This document shows positions 62,634 through 64,000 of a stretch of DNA of 64,000 bases, one piece after another. Source of the DNA: Planctomycetota bacterium. GTDB lineage: Bacteria > Planctomycetota > Phycisphaerae > Sedimentisphaerales > Anaerobacaceae. The first letter of the stretch is position 1; each line of letters begins with the position of its first letter. Under the pieces are notes generated by a model. That model worked only from the letters and a program-made list of their open reading frames with translations, was not told where the DNA came from and made no database searches. The stretch spans positions 372 through 64,371 of the forward strand of contig JBDRMP010000055.1 in NCBI GenBank assembly GCA_043811995.1. The letters run 5' to 3'. A program made the position numbers and the translations under genes.

Positions 62634-64000
62634 ATGAAGGCACAGACGGCAAAACTGGTCATTGTGTTAGTAATGTGTATGCCTGTTTGCTCGGCGCATG
62701 CGATTGACGATATTGCGGCCAGGGCATTCGAGGGACGAGACGTTCACATCACCGCAGACCGACTCATTAATTTCACCGGCACCGAGGGCCAAAACGTTCT
62801 TGTCGTTGAGCGTAAGTTTTCCCTTGTCGCGGGCGCTGATACATTCACCGGCGACAGGGCCGTTGTCTGGCTCAGGCGAGAGACCGACGATGGCGAGGTT
62901 GTAAGCGTCTGGGCTTACATCTCGGGGAAGGTCTTCGCCGGCAGAGGAAAGGGAACTCGCCTGCCCGGTCTTAACTGGCAAATGCTCGAATCGGGCAATG
63001 CGATGGCCGTCTGGTTCGATGCCCGCGGCGAGGTCTTCGTAACGGCTCAAAGCAGGCAGACGGCCGATGTGCGAGACCTTGAGCTTTACGGCAGGGCGTT
63101 CGATGCGGTTTCAAAGATTGACAAGAATTTCGCCGGAGTGTTTGAGGATGTTGCCCCGCCGCCCAAACCGAAGCCGATACCGACCCCGGAGTCGCCGGTC
63201 GAGCCGACGCGTGCGCCGGCTGTTGAACGGACCAGGCGACTGCCCGAGGTGTTCGGATTTATTGAACGGCTGCTGAGGCCTCCGAGGAAACCCGCGGCGC
63301 TCGCGGAGCAGGCCAGGCCGCAGGTGAAAATTCGATATCCCGTGAATCTGGCGCCGGCAGGAGATACCGAGCCGAACGTCGAATGGGGCGGTTTGGGAAA
63401 GGAACTGGAGATTGCCACGATAATCGGCCGGTTCTACCTGTGGCAAAAGCAGGACGAACGGGGCAGGTTGCTGGAAATACAGGCCGATGCGGCTGTGGTG
63501 TTTTACGAAAGCGAAAAACTCCGCGACGATGAGGGGCTGGGCGGCGTCCAGGACATCGGCGCAAAGGGGGCGATTAAGGCCATATACGTGAGCGGCGACG
63601 TGGTAATGACGGATGGGCTTCGCACAATACGCGCCGACGAGATGTATTATGATTTTGTCAATAAAAAGGGTTTGGCGGTCAACGCCGTGCTGCGAACTTT
63701 CGACGTCAGACGCGGAATTCCGATTTACCTCAGGGCCGCCAAACTGAAACAGCTTGCCGAAGGCCGATTCGCCGCCGACAACATTGTTCTGACGACCAGC
63801 GAATTTTATACGCCGCAAATTTCCATTGAGGCATCGAGTGTGCTGGTTACCGATAATACAACCATAGACCAGCAGGAAGGGCAAATCAGGAACAGCTCTT
63901 ACGATGTGCAGATGCGCGAGGTTCGGCTCAAAGCGGGAAAAACCACGTTTCTTTACTGGCCTTTTATACGCTCCAATTTGGAGCGACCGGACGTCCCTGT
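62634..64000 (+). CDS. lptD: OstA/LptD-like outer-membrane LPS-assembly protein, N-terminal part (runs off the right edge; absent from the ORF track)
   Basis: Hand translation from the ATG at 62634 stays open to the window end (about 455 codons): MKAQTAKLVIVLVMCMPVCSAHA (signal)...VHITADRLINFTG...; Pro-rich linker PPPKPKPIPTPESP; ...IYVSGDVVMTDGLRTIRADEMYYDF... OstA-type beta-jellyroll pattern. The function call is moderate; the coding call is strong. Confidence 0.7.
   Translation, partial: MKAQTAKLVIVLVMCMPVCSAHAIDDIAARAFEGRDVHITADRLINFTGTEGQNVLVVERKFSLVAGADTFTGDRAVVWLRRETDDGEVVSVWAYISGKVFAGRGKGTRLPGLNWQMLESGNAMAVWFDARGEVFVTAQSRQTADVRDLELYGRAFDAVSKIDKNFAGVFEDVAPPPKPKPIPTPESPVEPTRAPAVERTRRLPEVFGFIERLLRPPRKPAALAEQARPQVKIRYPVNLAPAGDTEPNVEWGGLGKELEIATIIGRFYLWQKQDERGRLLEIQADAAVVFYESEKLRDDEGLGGVQDIGAKGAIKAIYVSGDVVMTDGLRTIRADEMYYDFVNKKGLAVNAVLRTFDVRRGIPIYLRAAKLKQLAEGRFAADNIVLTTSEFYTPQISIEASSVLVTDNTTIDQQEGQIRNSSYDVQMREVRLKAGKTTFLYWPFIRSNLERPDVP

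Noticed and set aside
63111-63884. 257-aa minus-strand ORF, plus 63086-63418 and 63259-63564.
   Set aside because: They are antisense to the open LptD-like frame that starts at 62634 with a signal peptide.

Overview
The window is a 64 kb chromosomal segment from a Gram-negative (diderm) bacterium. PEP-CTERM sorting tails, DUF1015, many TPR/lipoproteins and a four-helix-bundle (23S-IVS-protein family) gene suggest a PVC/Planctomycetota-like organism; this is inference only. About 60 protein genes are supportable. I recognised no rRNA, tRNA, CRISPR array, transposase or integrase. Gene content from left to right:
- Envelope and osmotic cluster: mscL, a lipoprotein, mscS, a DUF481 outer-membrane protein (OMP) and MipA.
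- YihY, DUF1015 with a class-V aminotransferase, a PEP-CTERM protein, YbaK, HtrA, a third MscS-family channel and a BASS transporter.
- pyrR-pyrB-[lipoprotein]-pyrC-NYN, then a PAS histidine kinase with a NarL-type regulator, then mltA.
- A four-subunit 2-oxoacid:ferredoxin oxidoreductase operon, an orphan exbD with a 700-aa secreted helical protein, clpX and a TPR lipoprotein.
- A minus-strand operon: rarA, 5-formyl-THF cyclo-ligase, LysM L,D-transpeptidase, VWA protein, exbB, exbD.
- TrpB2, then an accessory patch of beta-barrel and PEP-CTERM genes containing three apparent pseudogenes.
- An 11 kb minus-strand housekeeping string: fba, S41 peptidase, lysS, lolE, [four-helix-bundle cassette], lolC, lolD, ilvE, polyprenyl synthase.
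- Two lipoprotein genes and the start of an LptD-like gene.
Two real genes run off the window edges and are missing from the ORF track (1-874 minus strand; 62634-64000 plus strand). Most interesting observations:
1. A four-helix-bundle gene is bracketed by ~40-nt inverted arms built of 7-nt repeats and fills exactly the gap between two lol permease genes, like an rRNA intervening sequence placed in an mRNA operon.
2. Related heptad-periodic spacers or dyads occur at the other intercistronic junctions of that gene string.
3. An ExbB/ExbD motor is translationally coupled to a protein with a TonB-like SxxxH anchor and a VWA/MIDAS domain in place of a TonB C-terminal domain.
4. Two 5'-truncated genes are fused head-to-head at about 46.71 kb.
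5. A PEP-CTERM gene is split by a T7 homopolymer frameshift.
All functional calls rest on my recognition of motifs in the translations. No database search was run.
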